Origin: Tubulanus polymorphus
Taxonomy: Eukaryota > Animalia > Nemertea
Direction: 5' to 3'
Length of the DNA: 64,000 bases
Assembly (NCBI RefSeq): GCF_964204645.1
Contig: NC_134025.1
Location: 21,551,101-21,615,100, forward strand
Made by a program: the position numbers and the translations under genes. The notes below the pieces were generated by a model, which was not told where the DNA came from, made no database searches, and was given only the letters and a program-made list of their open reading frames with translations. The first letter of the stretch is position 1; every line of letters begins with the position of its first letter. Of the stretch, positions 50,559 to 64,000 are shown piece by piece.

Positions 50559-52832
50559 TCATTTCGTCGAGCCGTCTTCGTCTTTTCTCATTTCGTAATC
50601 GAAGTCCGCTTTGATCAATTCGAGAAATTCTGGCTTCTTTATTACGTCCAGCGCGGTCATGGCTAGTGCTTTAGCGGCTCTAAGAGCGAACCATTGAGCT
50701 TCTGGCAAACCTATCGAGAAAGCAGCAAGCAGTACGATAAAAGATGTTAGATGGCGAAAGAAGAAGAAGAATAAATTACCGACATCTATAAATGATTCAT
50801 ACTAAATTTCATTCAGACATAACTCCTACGCCGTATAGAATTACACGTTTAGCGATTCAGATTTTATGTAATATAATTTGAATAACTAAACAATTCGTAA
50901 ATTTCGAGCTTTCGTGTGCGGCGAGAAATTCGATCCTTGGTTCGAAGATTTTTACCGGCTTTTATCATGAAGTCGGTTGAATGAATCGCCGCGTCTGTGT
51001 CGACGGAAAAAGCCGGCTGGATGGTCGGAACAACGTGGCTAACGTTTCCGGTATCTGAAGATCCCATTACGTTCGTCTGATGATAATCGTCAGATCTGAA
51101 CGAGGTCTTCAGCCATTTGCCGTTCGATTCGTACAATCTTGACAACGCCTCGTTTTTCAAAAGGTTATACTTCATTTCGTGATTGGCAAAATCGATGACG
51201 ACCTACGAGAATATTTAACGAGTTTAATTTTTTCTTTCAGATAGATTATTAGAATACGGTCGACTTTTCTGTATACATCTAACTAATCTATGGAATTACT
51301 TTGCATCCAGTTTGGAGCGCAGAACCCTGAAGACACGCTATGACCCGTCTCTTTAATTCGGTTAATTCGTCCATAGTATCGGCCCTCAATTCGACCTGTA
51401 GTGTTGTTTCGTGAGGTATGATATTCAAACGTGTCCCTCCTTTTGTTATTATTGCTGCAATTAATCGATGCATCTAAAATATATGCAGGTTCGATGATAC
51501 CAAATGGAAGCATCCTGGCAAACACTTGTATCTAGAGTATGCCACGATGAATGAATTCATTTCCATTATAAATTTTAAACTCGTATATGATCAACCCACT
51601 CTTTCTATTCAGTTATCTACGTTTTACTTTACCGTGGATCGTGTTCGAAGGTTTTATATGTTGGCGTAGATGTGACAAACTCTGATACGCCATCACGACG
51701 GCGTCTAACGCGTTTATTCCTTGCCAAGGGGCTCCAATAGCATGGCAGCACTTGCCCGTGTAGTTTACTTCGGCCCTGTAATACCAGAAACGACTTTGAA
51801 TTCTAATCAAATTACCATAGATCAGAGACCATTGGAAAACAATAGACATTCATGGCGTTATATATACGTAATGCGTGCTGGAAGATGTGGGCACACGACG
51901 TCGTGAGTGTAAGTATGAGCCATCAGAGCGATGTCGATATCTTTGAAAGCTCCCTTTCTGACCATATCAATTTTACCACCGTATCCTTCTTCAGCTGGGC
52001 AACCAAATACTACAATCTACCAGGGAGAACATAATGGAGGATTATCATCAAGAACCCCTCATAATATTCGGAATGAAATGATTGAGATTTGCCAATCATA
52101 ATCTTGGAATGGTCGATTGCAAGTTATTAAGGGTGCCAAAGTATGAATACCTATCATTACTTTGTGGGCTCCATAATGTTTATTACCAAGGAGTAGGCCG
52201 ACTATTTCATAGTGTATTTTGTATATACATCAGTCAACCCCGATATACCGCTCTCCCATACCCCGCCCCCGCCTGCCGCCAGGTTTTCTCAATGTACATC
52301 TCTATTCAAATACATAGTATATATCAGGGGTATTGAAGTTTTGTTTTTCAATCTTCAAGTTCTTAAGTAAAACGAATTCACCTCAGCCGCCAGTCCAGCC
52401 TCCTTGACGACTACTTGCGTCGCTTTCGCTGCAGCGATTGAGACTTCAGCGACCAGGTTGTGTCCACAGGCGTGACCGATATCTGGCAACGCGTCATACT
52501 CGCATAAAAATCCGATACGCGGCCCACCTTTCAAGTTGCTATATGAAACAAAACTCCATTGATTAACCATGGATCGATATCCAAGCGTAAGAACTAACGA
52601 TTAGACAAATATACCGATTACTATACCTGAAGTCAGCCTTGAAGCCGGTTCTATGTACAAACCCAGGTGCAACAGAGAACCCCTCGTCGAAGAGGAAGTC
52701 AACGAGAATCTTATTCGCGTGGACCTCTTTAAAACCCAATTCGGGCCTTTCCCACAACGAATCGCTGATAGATTTTAAACGTGGTGCTAGACGCTCAATC
52801 TGCTTACAGGCACTTTCCTTCAATCTGTCCAT
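50559..52832 (-). CDS. PM20D2: Peptidase M20 domain-containing protein 2 (Xaa-Arg dipeptidase/ACY1L2-like), 7 exons, ~402 aa
   Basis: Exons (minus) 52832-52627, 52538-52382, 52016-51868, 51775-51633, 51454-51300, 51202-50956, 50710-50559; GT-AG, 1209 nt in frame. Motifs PELGFKE, LCEYDALPDIGHACGHNL, GCPAEEGYGGKI, HAIGAPWQGINALDA, GSSDTGNVS, AAKALAMTALD. Confidence 0.93.
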
Positions 52833-54201
52833 GATTACTTTTCGTTATTCCGTGTCATCTAGCCGTTTATGAGGTCTTGTGCATTTTCTTATACTTGATA
52901 TCAATGCGGAACGCGACCTTATGGATATGTTTGTTGACTATCTTGAATTTTGATAACAGTTCTTTTTTAAATCATATATGTACGCCCGCGTTCGTGGATT
53001 GTCGAGATAAAACTCGTGGGAACGACTAAAATTTTGTTAAATGAATCTGCATTTCAAAATGTACCGCCTAGTGATTCTCTGACGATTTACATCATTTACA
53101 TAGCTGTTTGAACCTCAAGTGTTTTACATACCCCCCCCCCCCCCATAGTTATATCATTGGATATCAACTTTGAAGCTTAAAAGTATGTGGATCCGGCAAA
53201 GGGGAACACCTAACTACTTGAAGCCCCGAACTAATAGTTTAAGTCTAGAGTCGGTCGACCTTGATACAAAAGACTTCGCTCAAATCTGATCTTTTTGAAC
53301 GATGTGTGATTACAAAATGTGTCCGACTTGAGTAATATCCGAGTTGGATGTTGTATTTCATATGGCGTCATAAAAAAGAGTTGAACGGTCATCAGAGTTG
53401 ATCGGATCAGATTGAGGCGGAGTCTGCTGTACTTACCGATAGTAATCTAAAACCGACTACTGTATTTTGTATCTATATCATTCATATTTTGCATCTGTTT
53501 GCTATTCATTGTTGTGTTCGCCTATTTCTCCTTATTTGTTTATGTAGCTGCCGTTATGAATACTGAAAACGAAATTAATGTATTCAATAATGCACGTGAA
53601 GTATATCCGTGTATATATTACGCTTCGTACATGCACGGTCAGGTCTAAAATTATACGTTCTACCACGTAATCACAGAAAAGACAAAGAATAACGTTTCCT
53701 TTGAATCAAAATATTTTATTTAGGAAAAATAGAATAAAAACTGTGTTATTTATAGGGAAAAAGTTAAGAGAATTTACAAGCTTTATTTATAAAATGCTGC
53801 CATTTCTACGTAAACGGCATCACTGGAACTGCCGCGAATGCGAACGGTATTTTACTGTAATCAGCTACTATGGTTGGTGCGCTGGGTTGTTCTGGAAATA
53901 GCGTGCTCTTAAGAACTCTTATACTCGACTTGCGAAAGCGGTGAAAACTACGACGAAATTGATTTGCCGAAAACGAAATGTTCTGAAACAAGGAAAGACA
54001 TGCAGCAGGTTACCGTAATCGCTGGGAATAATATTTCATAATTTCAGCATGTTTCTCATACACATCAACAAGTGGTGTGGTGAAGTGCGAGGTTTAGTGA
54101 AAGCAATAGTTGATATGGTTGTTGACAGTGGTGATTTGAGGTAAAAAAAAAGATTTGCTCGAAATGTTCTGCACAGTACATTAAGCGTGGATAGAACCTG
54201 A

Positions 54202-54335
54202 GGGGCCGGTTCCATAGTCATGGCTTAGACTTAAGACCGGTCTAAGGTTAGCTTAGTTCTATAGTGGATCTAACAACTTAAGACCAATCTTAAGATTTAT
54301 AAAGACGACATTGGCTTGGCTATGGAACTGGCCCC
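54202..54335. mobile_element. PIF/Harbinger-type MITE with TGA target duplication
   Basis: ggggccggttccatagtca ... tggctatggaactggcccc, flanked by TGA at 54199-201 and 54336-38. Confidence 0.7.
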
Positions 54336-56028
54336 TGAAGATGGGAGATAAGAAGATAGCGCCATTTCCGATTCGGACCAACATCCATGAGGTGGCTTTG
54401 GTATCAACCAATTCATTCATAGTTAATCTTCAATCATTTGTATATACATGGGTTAACACTAATACATGTATATTAGCGTTATTCAATTTAACAGCCACAG
54501 CCCACGAAAACGCATTCAAAATGTTATGTTCTTGTTTCCCACGAACTTCTTCGGTTCCTGCGTAACTCGTCCCCAGTGCGTTTCTTCGGATAAATCGCGT
54601 TACGTACTTTGAGGACAACCTAAGAATGCGCTAAGCTTGCATATATAATGATAGTCAAGAATATACATGTATATATGCCCAAGAATCATGTTTGTACCTT
54701 CTGCGCGTTGCCTCTGCCGGTTGTTGTTATTAATCTCATTGGATGTTTAAAGCTCTTGATAGTTTTCGAAATCGCATGGACGCACTCTGCAAGCAGTGAA
54801 GTAATCACACGTCACATAAACATAAAAGATTCAAAAACCCATTTGATTGATAGAATGATTAATTAAATGCGTCTAATGTTTAGGTAAAAGCCTTTGAAGG
54901 CACCAATGAGAGAAAATTTCAATTTGGCGTGTACAGCATGACCTAAGATTCCGTACATTAATTACAAAATGATATTTTGACGTCAAGCTTTACAAGCGAA
55001 AAAGTGTTAAGATTTCCAAATTTTCTAAAATTTCCGAATAAACATTCCCAGAATCTTTGGTTCAGCTTCACAGAACTAGGATTAGTTACAACTGGCCACA
55101 TCGGTTCGACCTAAGCCAACCTTAGCAGTGCAGGTGGTCCAGTCTCAACACCTGCCTTACGAACTGTAAAACAAATATTTGTTATTAGTAAAAATCTTAT
55201 TAGTAAGAATATTGAATATTAAGTATTACATCAAGTGATCGCTAATAAGATATCTAGGTTAGCAATATGTTAATTATAGGCTTCACACAGTTATCGCTTC
55301 AGTTTGACTCCAAAGATAAAACCAGTTCATTTAGATGTCACTTTTGAGTAAAATCCTCACCGAGAACTGGCACCGGCTCCAGGTATCGATTTGTGCGAGC
55401 GTCATGATTAGAATATTTAATCAGTGCGTTATGATTTTCTACGACTAAACTACTTTATTTCGCGGAACTTCAGCAACTTTCATTTTAATGGTTTTCTGCG
55501 ATTGCAGAAATCGATTGAATTCGCTAAAAAAAATCGTCATAAAAAATGATTGCAGAAATTTGAAAAAAAAATAAATGAAAATATTTTTAATCTGATGATT
55601 AGTACTTCGGCGAAATTAAATTCCATTAGCTGATATGGGTTACTATTGGATACCCAAGCGTCATCTCAAGCATCAATGAAACTATGCTCCGTTCACTACG
55701 CATTACCTATTTCAATTTCATTTATTTCATCATTATCTTCTGATTTTGTCCATGCCAAATATTCCTTCTAGCAAACAAGGTGTGTGAATATTTGCCAAAG
55801 CACTCTAGTGTAGTGGTAATGCTTTAGACACACGAGGAAGGGGTTGAACCAGAGGCAACTTTTGAGGGACTTGTCACACCCTAAAAGGGCACTGGGTGTC
55901 GAAAAGGCAATATTAGGTGTACTCCCACACTGAAATGCACTAATAACCTTCGTTTACAAAATGAAAGAAAGCAGAGGAAAAAATTTGATGGACTTGTACG
56001 AGCCTCAAAAGTCGCCATGGATACGCCC

Positions 56029-56562
56029 CTAAGACGCGCTTACCCTTTTAAGGTTGCTTTGTCTTAAACTCTTATCAGTCTGTTCATCCTTCGGAAGATT
56101 GAGACTTGACGACGAACCTGTGAACGTGCCCCTTAAACTAGTTTTGAAGTCTATGAAGCCTGGAGTTGCGATCGTCTGCGACAACTTTCGTGGCGTGCCC
56201 AGTCCAAACGCGTCGGAAGGCCCTGCCTGAACGCGAAGGTCCAAATCGTGTTTGCCATATCCGTTATCGATTGTGTAAGCTTGCCCTCTAATACTTTCCC
56301 CTTCGCTGTCTGAATCGGCAAAACTATCAACGTCCCAAGGTCGTAGGTGTTCGTCTTTGTCCAAACGATTGTAGTTGTATTTATCGATGCTGCGCTTAAT
56401 TTCGCTCTTCGCCTCGTTGGCCTTCTTTTTGCCCTTCACGTTCAGTCCCTTCAGTCTATCGAGTACCCTCCGCCATCGACGAGACATCATTTTGTCAGAC
56501 GTCAGTCGGTTCACGAAACGTTCCCAAATATTACCAGCATGTGAATCGGTCAAATGTAGATC
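56029..56562 (-). CDS. Unidentified coding exon (terminal exon, or ~153-aa ORF from ATG at 56490); hydrophilic, basic then acidic
   Basis: 177 open codons, higher GC than flanks, protein-like composition, TAG acceptor at 56563-65, TAG stop; no family recognised. Confidence 0.5.
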   Translation of the reverse strand, partial: DLHLTDSHAGNIWERFVNRLTSDKMMSRRWRRVLDRLKGLNVKGKKKANEAKSEIKRSIDKYNYNRLDKDEHLRPWDVDSFADSDSEGESIRGQAYTIDNGYGKHDLDLRVQAGPSDAFGLGTPRKLSQTIATPGFIDFKTSLRGTFTGSSSSLNLPKDEQTDKSLRQSNLKRVSAS

Positions 56563-57282
56563 CTACGCACGACCATATGCTGGCAAATTAATCAACTGTT
56601 GATAATTCCAAGATTATTTATTCAACCAAAATATCGCAATTAAATCATTTCAGTGTCATCCTACGCAAGAAAACATGTCGTCCCTTTTACGTAGTAACGT
56701 ACGTATGTATTATATATAGTACTGTCACTTGTGCTCATTATACGCTACACAGATATATACATTACACCTGTGGCCGCTGAACGATATAACCTACATAAAA
56801 ACTCAACTAATAAATGGCGTGCTTAATTGTACGGAAACGCCGTAGGGACATGATTGGAATTATTGTTTTCAAAACGGTTTATCTGCGACTTTTTCTTGCG
56901 ACTTGTATTTTTACTAGATTTTTCTGCGACATCTTTTCCGCGACTTTATTTTTTTTCAAATTCAAATTTCTGCGTCTTTATTTTCTACTGGATTTATCTG
57001 CGACTTAAACGTTATGCTTTTTTTGTTTTTAGCTGTTAATCAAATTTAATTTTCTAACTATGAACTTTCGCTACTTTAGCTTCACCAGGTAAAAAGGGTT
57101 CGCCATAAGCTGCGAAGTAACTGAAAACCCTAACAATGATAGCGTTTTCCTTGTTGAACGATTCAAATTTTTTTTTTGGGGGGGGAGGGGCAGGGGGGTG
57201 GGTTATTCACAAGCTTCAAGACTAATAAAATTATTGTCGTATATTCGATCCCCGGGTCTAAGTGTAGAATTCGGGGTATAAG

Positions 57283-57392
57283 TGGACGACTGGATGACTG
57301 GATGACTGGTTTACTGGTTGACTGGACGACTGGATGAGTGGACGACTAGTTGACTGGTTGACTGGTTGACTGGACGACTGGTTGACTGGATG
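57283..57392. repeat. 8-bp tandem repeat (GACTGGAT/GACTGGTT)n
   Basis: Directly visible. Confidence 0.85.
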
Positions 57393-58600
57393 ACCATCAG
57401 CACCATCAGCATCACCATGACATGTCCCCGGACAAGATAATAACCACCTAATCATTAAAAACACGTGTCGGATTTTGGCGACGATTTTCAAGGAAAACAC
57501 TGTTTTGAAATAAGTTCTGTCAGAGATTCAGCTGAAAGAAGAAACGATTCGTCAAATCAAAATCAATGAAAACTTTTAGAAGTATCAACTATATGAAAAG
57601 AAATAATATGGCTGAACAAACATTGTTTACCTATACGTAGTATAGGACTAACATTCGGGAAAATAATGGAGCAATTCATCTTCCGTAAGCTGACAACTAT
57701 GTAAAACGAACATGTTCAATGTGGGTAGATAGGTCAATCACAGTGGTGTCGCTTAGTATACGTTGATACGTATATAGACGGCACCTGGTATGAATGCTGT
57801 CGAAAAACGACTGTTAGATGAACGATCAACGATGAAAACCATCGTATTCGGTATTCACATCGTAACGACATGGGATCGAATGGAACGAAAGAGACAAAAT
57901 ACTCATCTTTTTCAATCTTCTATGAACTAATACCCGATTTCTGCAGTCTCGATACTGTTTTCAGGGGGGGGGGGGCAATGATGGGTAAAAGCGATTCGAT
58001 ATGCACTTGTCCTATATAATTCTGGATTATACGTATTAGATACGTAAGTTAAGGGTGGTATCTTGTGCTCGGAATTCGTAAGCAGTCAAAACACTGTCAA
58101 ACTGGATAATCGATATCTTTATAGCGGAGGAATACTTGGCGTATCTACTTGCAGTCGGCGATTGGTCGTTTTTGGGTCGCGTAATGGCAGCTCTAATGAT
58201 CGTTTCCGTCTGCTCAGTAAGCAAACGGCATCTTAACTGTCAGTATTTCGGTTGCAATGTTATTGATTTCGTCAGACAATGTTTATCCTAATAACGACGC
58301 CCATTCTCTCCAATGATAACGCCGGTGCGGGAATGTTTTCAAAAATGCACGAAATCAGCGCGAACGATTGATCGAAATTTTTCTACTCTTACAATTTTGA
58401 ATGTCACAATAATCCATATTGGTAGAAACTTAGGTTTTCCTCTGTTTCACGGCAAATCTTGACTAATCAATGCCTTGAATTTCAGTACAGCCTGTTGGCT
58501 AGCGTAAGCATATAATGTAGTTATAAGGTATCAATAATATTTATCATATATATTGTATGTATGATTGTACAAGTCATGTATTATGGTCGACGAAAATAAA

Positions 58601-58637
58601 CATTATCATTATCATTATCAATATCATTATCATTATC

Positions 58638-58672
<35 letters not shown>

Positions 58673-58781
58673 AACTATTATTATAACTATTATTAATATT
58701 ATTACTATTATTACTATTATTACTATTATTACTATTATCATTTTTATTATTATTATTATTATTATTGTTGTTATTATTATC
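58601..58781. repeat. Compound (CATTAT)n/(TAT)n microsatellite
   Basis: Directly visible. Confidence 0.9.
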
Positions 58782-59477
58782 GTAACTATGAATATTTCCC
58801 AATGGTATTATTCAACATACAGGGAACAGAAGTAGTAATTTTATGCCGCTGCCCGTGAATGTAAAATTAACATAATGAAGTCTGCGAACTATACTCGTAA
58901 ATCACATTCAATTCTGTCCCACATGAAAGGATTTCTTTTTTCAAAAAAAATAAACACGAGGTTTGAAAAAGTTATCAAACCTTCTTTCAATGGATCAGTT
59001 TGTTGAGACAATCGCTAAGGTATTACGGATGCATTAAATGAATCTACCTTTGATAAATTCCGTACATTACTGAAATTCCATTTTAAATTTGTCTCGGTTC
59101 TTACGAAAACATAAAAACTGTACGGTTCATTAATTAGAAAAACTCGGTTCGAAAAAGGCCACCTCTTTCTATTGTATTCACGATTCTAATTATCTGTTTC
59201 ATTTTACTGTTTTAAGGCAATTCCATTTAATGTAGCGCCGTAATGATTCCCAGCGGTAACTAACGGTCTACTGTCAACTACCACGGGATCCATTTACCAT
59301 CCACGATCATTTCGGCTTGTGCGATATGTGCATACTTATACGTGGCTCGATCCGCCGCCATCGAAGCTATATATGTATCTAGCTAGCTTACAAAATTACA
59401 CGCAGGGTATGGAGTTGTAGGTATGCCATTCTTCGGATTCGGAGAAGTGACGTAAGAAAAGAATACGGAACGTTACG

Positions 59478-59714
59478 AGAGAAATCCCACTATAATTCAG
59501 CCAAAGGTGTAAGGTTCTTGAATAGAAGTGTAAATATATTTGAGCAACGTTTCATCGGCTAAAGGCTATTAGCCATCATTAGCCGTTACTGGTGATAGCT
59601 AATAGCCATCATCGGGCGTACTGGTGAAGGCTGATACTCTTTAGCTGAAACGTTGCTTAAACACTTTTATTCAAGAACTTAACATCTTCGGCTGAATAAC
59701 TGTGAGATTTTTCT
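59478..59714. mobile_element. Inverted pair of Penelope-like pseudo-LTR relics with degenerate hammerhead-like core
   Basis: Imperfect ~95-bp inverted arms; plus-strand ctggtgaaggctga-tactct-ttagctgaaacgttg (59621-59655) and a mirrored copy at 59545-59583. Confidence 0.45.
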
Positions 59715-60411
59715 ATATATTCATCTTACACGGGGATGGGGAACTTCTCGGCTCGATGTGAAACGTTACTTCAAAAGCTTCGGTTTTCGTGATCCATCAC
59801 CCAATTGTGTGTCACGCAGGGCATGATTTTCTTTATCCTGTAATATTGACATCGGTAGATGGAGGCCGGTCGATCATGAAAAACTCTCCCTCGATCGAGA
59901 ATTCTAACCCAACCATATAGAATGACGAGACTATAGCGAAAGACCGCAGGGCCACTATACGCCTACTCTATACCTCACTTATTTCCTCAGCTACTGTATA
60001 TGCTGGCTTCAGGTGTTGTCTTAACATATCGGATGGATTGATGACAACTTTGTATCATTCCGAACTCTCTGAAAACATATTCAGTAGAATTGATTCGTAG
60101 CCCGCTAGGGGTACGACAATGCCCAAATTATCAAACATTGTTGACGACAATATTTTCATTACGTTCATCCGTCGACTTCCTTCGCGCAAGCTTACTGAAC
60201 TTATATCTATTTCTTTTTGATTCCAGTTTAGATGCTAGAAAAAAAATTTGTCAAAGCGAATATGTCGCTATATACATCTTGCAACCATAGATAAAACCTA
60301 TAGGTAGAAAGAATGATGTGAATATGATGTTTGATGCTTAACTGTTCGCACGTCGTGGTAACATGGTATCATGTTTACATTTCTTACTTTTTTTCAAAGA
60401 ATGCTGGAAAT

Positions 60412-60852
60412 GGGCTCTCCATATAGAATGTCCAAAGTCGAGGAGGTTGTGAAGTTTGGACTTTTGTGGACAAGGCTGAAGGAGGGGGGGGGGTTACTTG
60501 GAAGTGGGCATCCTTCTTCCTGCTTAATTCCACTAAGTCAGAACAAATCATTTAGTGCATGATAACTAAATATGATAACTTCAAATTTGAATTAAATGAG
60601 AAACAGATCGCATATACATGTATATGATTTCAAGATAATAAATGGAATAACAAACGGCAATCCAGAGTGTTTAGTAAATGATTTAATTGAATGAAAAAAA
60701 ACACATTATTTTGCATGACTGGATATCCGTTGTCTTTAATTGCTTTTTTCCCAATGGAAAAGGAGGGAGGGGGTTAGTCCAGCAGACATTTTATGGGCAT
60801 GGGGGAGGGGTAACAATTTTTTCAATTTTGTGTCACCATTATGGACAGCCCT
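60412..60852. mobile_element. Diverged Harbinger-like MITE
   Basis: gggctctccata ... tatggacagccc termini with internal G-rich gga(g)n/gtcca motifs. Confidence 0.45.
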
Positions 60853-61340
60853 TAAATGTTCTTTTCATATTTGATTGTAATATCAGCACCCTGGCCTTCA
60901 AACTTCTGGGCACAACTACGACAATTTATCTATTGTCACGTAGTGCACCATTCCGCATCGAACAACGCGTAAAAATAACGATCGAGGTTTGATGCCGCGT
61001 GGTGGATTGACACCCATCAGTGGGTCTGGACATCAGCTGGACACCATAGTACATGGCGGAAGTGACACATTTTACCAAAGCATCATACGAAATGAATTGC
61101 TACGTAATGGTTATCACAAAAATAATGACAAACACGCGCGTCCATCGGCTTTAGAGAAATGGTTCATTTACCGCGTACGTACATATTGTATAGGGCGAAA
61201 GATGAGGACAAATCCAACCGTTTCCATAAATTACATCTGCAAATCAATATTTAGCTCATTTGCTATGCCAGACTAGCTGAGGTTTGGTTCTCCGCGAGAC
61301 GATTCACCAGCATGGCGCTTGTTGCTATAATGTTCTAGTC

Positions 61341-61405
61341 GAGAGAGACAGAGAGGGAGAGACAGACAGAGATAGAGAGAGAGACAGACAGAGAGAGATA
61401 GAGAC
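61341..61405. repeat. (AG)/(AGAC)n microsatellite
   Basis: Directly visible. Confidence 0.85.
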
Positions 61406-61582
61406 ACTGAGTCAAGATCAAACTGTCACCAGAACACTGTTTTCGACCATTTGGACTTGTTTCGAGAATTTTCAAATCGACATCATCGACGGCCTTCATT
61501 TTAGCACCCTCACTGCCGAAGTAGAAATACTATGGAATTGAAAAATTGATACAATTTGCCGCAAACAGAGTTTAGTCGAACT

Positions 61583-61694
61583 AAGATGGCGGTCGTCAGT
61601 GCTTCACTCGTATGACGGAAACGGGGAGCCTAAAATGCTTCCCCGGGTCGACTCTCAAGACGAGAATAGCAAAAGGAATAGTCATTTGGTAAGT
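61583..61694 (+). other. Possible first exon of a plus-strand gene (YY1-like AAGATGGCGG, short uORF, ATG at 61635, GTAAGT donor at 61689)
   Basis: aagatggcgg at 61583-92; ATG 61586 stops at 61615; ATG 61635 gives MLPRVDSQDENSKRNSHL up to a consensus donor; downstream exons not identified. Confidence 0.3.
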
Positions 61695-62478
61695 TAATTT
61701 TACCTATCTGTAGTTTGTAAATGTTTTGATGATAAAAACGTAAAAAAAGCAATCGCTCTTAGTTTGAAAAGGAAAATCGTGTCGACGATTAGAATTTCAT
61801 ATTCATCTATGGATGCAGACGCCCCGCGGCGGCTGACTCGATGCGCCATCTAGGACTTAAATCTTAATAGGACTTTATAACAGTTCATTCTTATCGTGCG
61901 GCGCATTATGTATTTAGATAAAATCGTTGATTTACGCAATCTTTTTGTATTAGTGTTCGAATATATTGAATTTAACTATTTCAATTCTATTCGACGATAC
62001 GTCAAATAGAAAACCGTTCATTTCTCAATGGGCTTTCCTAGTAAGATGAATTATCACACATTTATATCCTCTTCAATAGTTTAAGACGTTACAAATATTC
62101 TGTAGTGAATATATACGTCCAAAGTGAACGTGTTCTAGCAAAGGGCGTTTCCATGGCTTGTGACACAGGGCTGTGTTGGTGAAATTGTTCACGTAACAAT
62201 ATACGTACACAATTTTATATCAACGCACATAACGCAATATGTATATAAACTGCTACTACATATATTTCATCAGCAGCAATATCGGCACATTATTGCAACC
62301 TCCTCCAATAGGAACATATATGGATCGTATTTATGCGCGGCGCAGGCAGTTGTCAATACCTACGCAACAACGACATCTCTCTCCAACGGTTTAGTAATCA
62401 GAACACGAATGCATATCGCGGCAACAAGCTTCAATTTTCTGCGCGATGGGGTTTCATCGCTTTCAGAAGATATATATC

Positions 62479-62586
<108 letters not shown>

Positions 62587-63275
62587 TCTGAAATATAAAC
62601 CCCTCCCTAAAAATCCTATACATGCATTTATACATTGTCTTATATTGTTGATTCATATTCTAGCAATCGCTCCCAAGTAATGCATGCTGTGCCAGCGTGC
62701 ATTTGATTAAGATTGCCCGTATTGACCAGTTAACCAATTTTCCATTTAAAAACTGGCAAATTGACTTTCTCAACGACCAACCATGCTTTCTTTGAGCGAG
62801 TCTCACAGTGAGACACCTTATCAGTCAAAGGTCCAAACCGTGCGGAAACGGGTGCTTAAATTGTTTTAGCCTAAGCAGGGGCCAATTCTTCAGCCCTTCA
62901 TATCGCAAGTTATTTCAGAGTTTTCCGGAGTTTTTTTAAAGAGATTTATGCACCGAGACTCATCGTCCTCAAGCACAGTGCTACGAACCAGGCCCGGTCA
63001 GGCGGAGTTCGTCAGTTCGAACGAACGCCGCTTTTTAGAAAGTGCCCTTCATAATTTCATTAGAATAATTCTTGACTCAAATACTCTGGTAACAATTCAA
63101 ACCGAATGTCCTACCAGTATTAATATTTGTTATTGAAACACAATAAGATGCCAATGACCCAAGTTTGAGTGGAGTGAAATATTCATTAGATGAATAGTTT
63201 TTTAGAATATTTTCTGGGGGAGGCCACCAGACTGGGCGACGCAACTGCAGTGCTTGCTATTCGAAGATACAGGAG

Positions 63276-63317
63276 AATAATAATAATAATAATAATAATG
63301 ATAATAATAATAATAAC

Positions 63318-63348
<31 letters not shown>

Positions 63349-63372
63349 GTAATAATGATAATAATAATAATT
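63276..63372. repeat. (AAT)n microsatellite
   Basis: Directly visible. Confidence 0.9.
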
Positions 63373-64000
63373 TTATTTCCACAATAAATTACGTCAAACA
63401 CGTCAAAAGTTCCCTCTTTGAAATTTAAGGCGACGCGAACTGCAATAAAATGACATCCATATCTGATCAAAAAGTGCAACACAGACTATTTTACTCAAAA
63501 GTTTTCGCCAGTCAGTCCTACGGACAGAATTCACAGGAATACTTTCAATTGCTGGTTTACAGGAAGAAACGACCAACCTTTGAATGTTGGATGTCTTTAG
63601 ACGACATTCGTATTCGCATTCATGATTAATTTTGCTTGAAAATGGCCTGTCCATTGGAAGAGATTAAGTGTTCATGCGATATTATTTTCGGTCCATTGAA
63701 ATTAACGAATTCTTCGTGACAATTTTATTATGTATTCGTGTATTCGATATTATAGAAATATCTATATTTTTGTGACAGTTGTACGGCCACTAGAGCGCAA
63801 TATCGCCACGTGTAGTTGTTGAAACACTGTCAATGGACATTACAATCTATCAATGACGAATACAGTCGGTACCGTGGCGATAGAGTCGTTAATTTTCGCT
63901 GTAACCAGTTGATTCATTATGCATTTGCCATTTTGGAAAATTGAATATATGTATATATGTATATATGTACTGTTCGATATGGATACAGAGTGTCCATGTG

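Overview
AT-rich eukaryotic (metazoan, probably marine invertebrate) genomic DNA with GT-AG introns; most ORFs in the supplied six-frame track are intronic or repeat noise. By following splice sites and reading phase I rebuilt three minus-strand genes: a 6-exon otopetrin proton channel (3220-8978), a 21-exon SLC24/NCKX K+-dependent Na+/Ca2+ exchanger spanning ~39 kb (10983-49744, with three loop microexons), and a 7-exon PM20D2-like M20 peptidase (50559-52832). There is also an unidentified coding exon (56029-56562) and a possible plus-strand first exon near 61600. A near full-length but disabled CR1/L2-group LINE (~21255-26081) lies antisense in an NCKX intron; its ORF1 combines RRM-like, 3x CCHC and SGNH-esterase modules. 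The window opens on an apparently perfect inverted repeat with arms of at least 853 bp just downstream of the otopetrin stop. Many MITEs, tRNA-derived SINE heads, a probable solo LTR, Penelope/hammerhead-like relics and microsatellites are scattered throughout. No CRISPR array, rRNA or intact tRNA was seen, and I cannot demonstrate a wholly new system; the best leads are ranked in findings.
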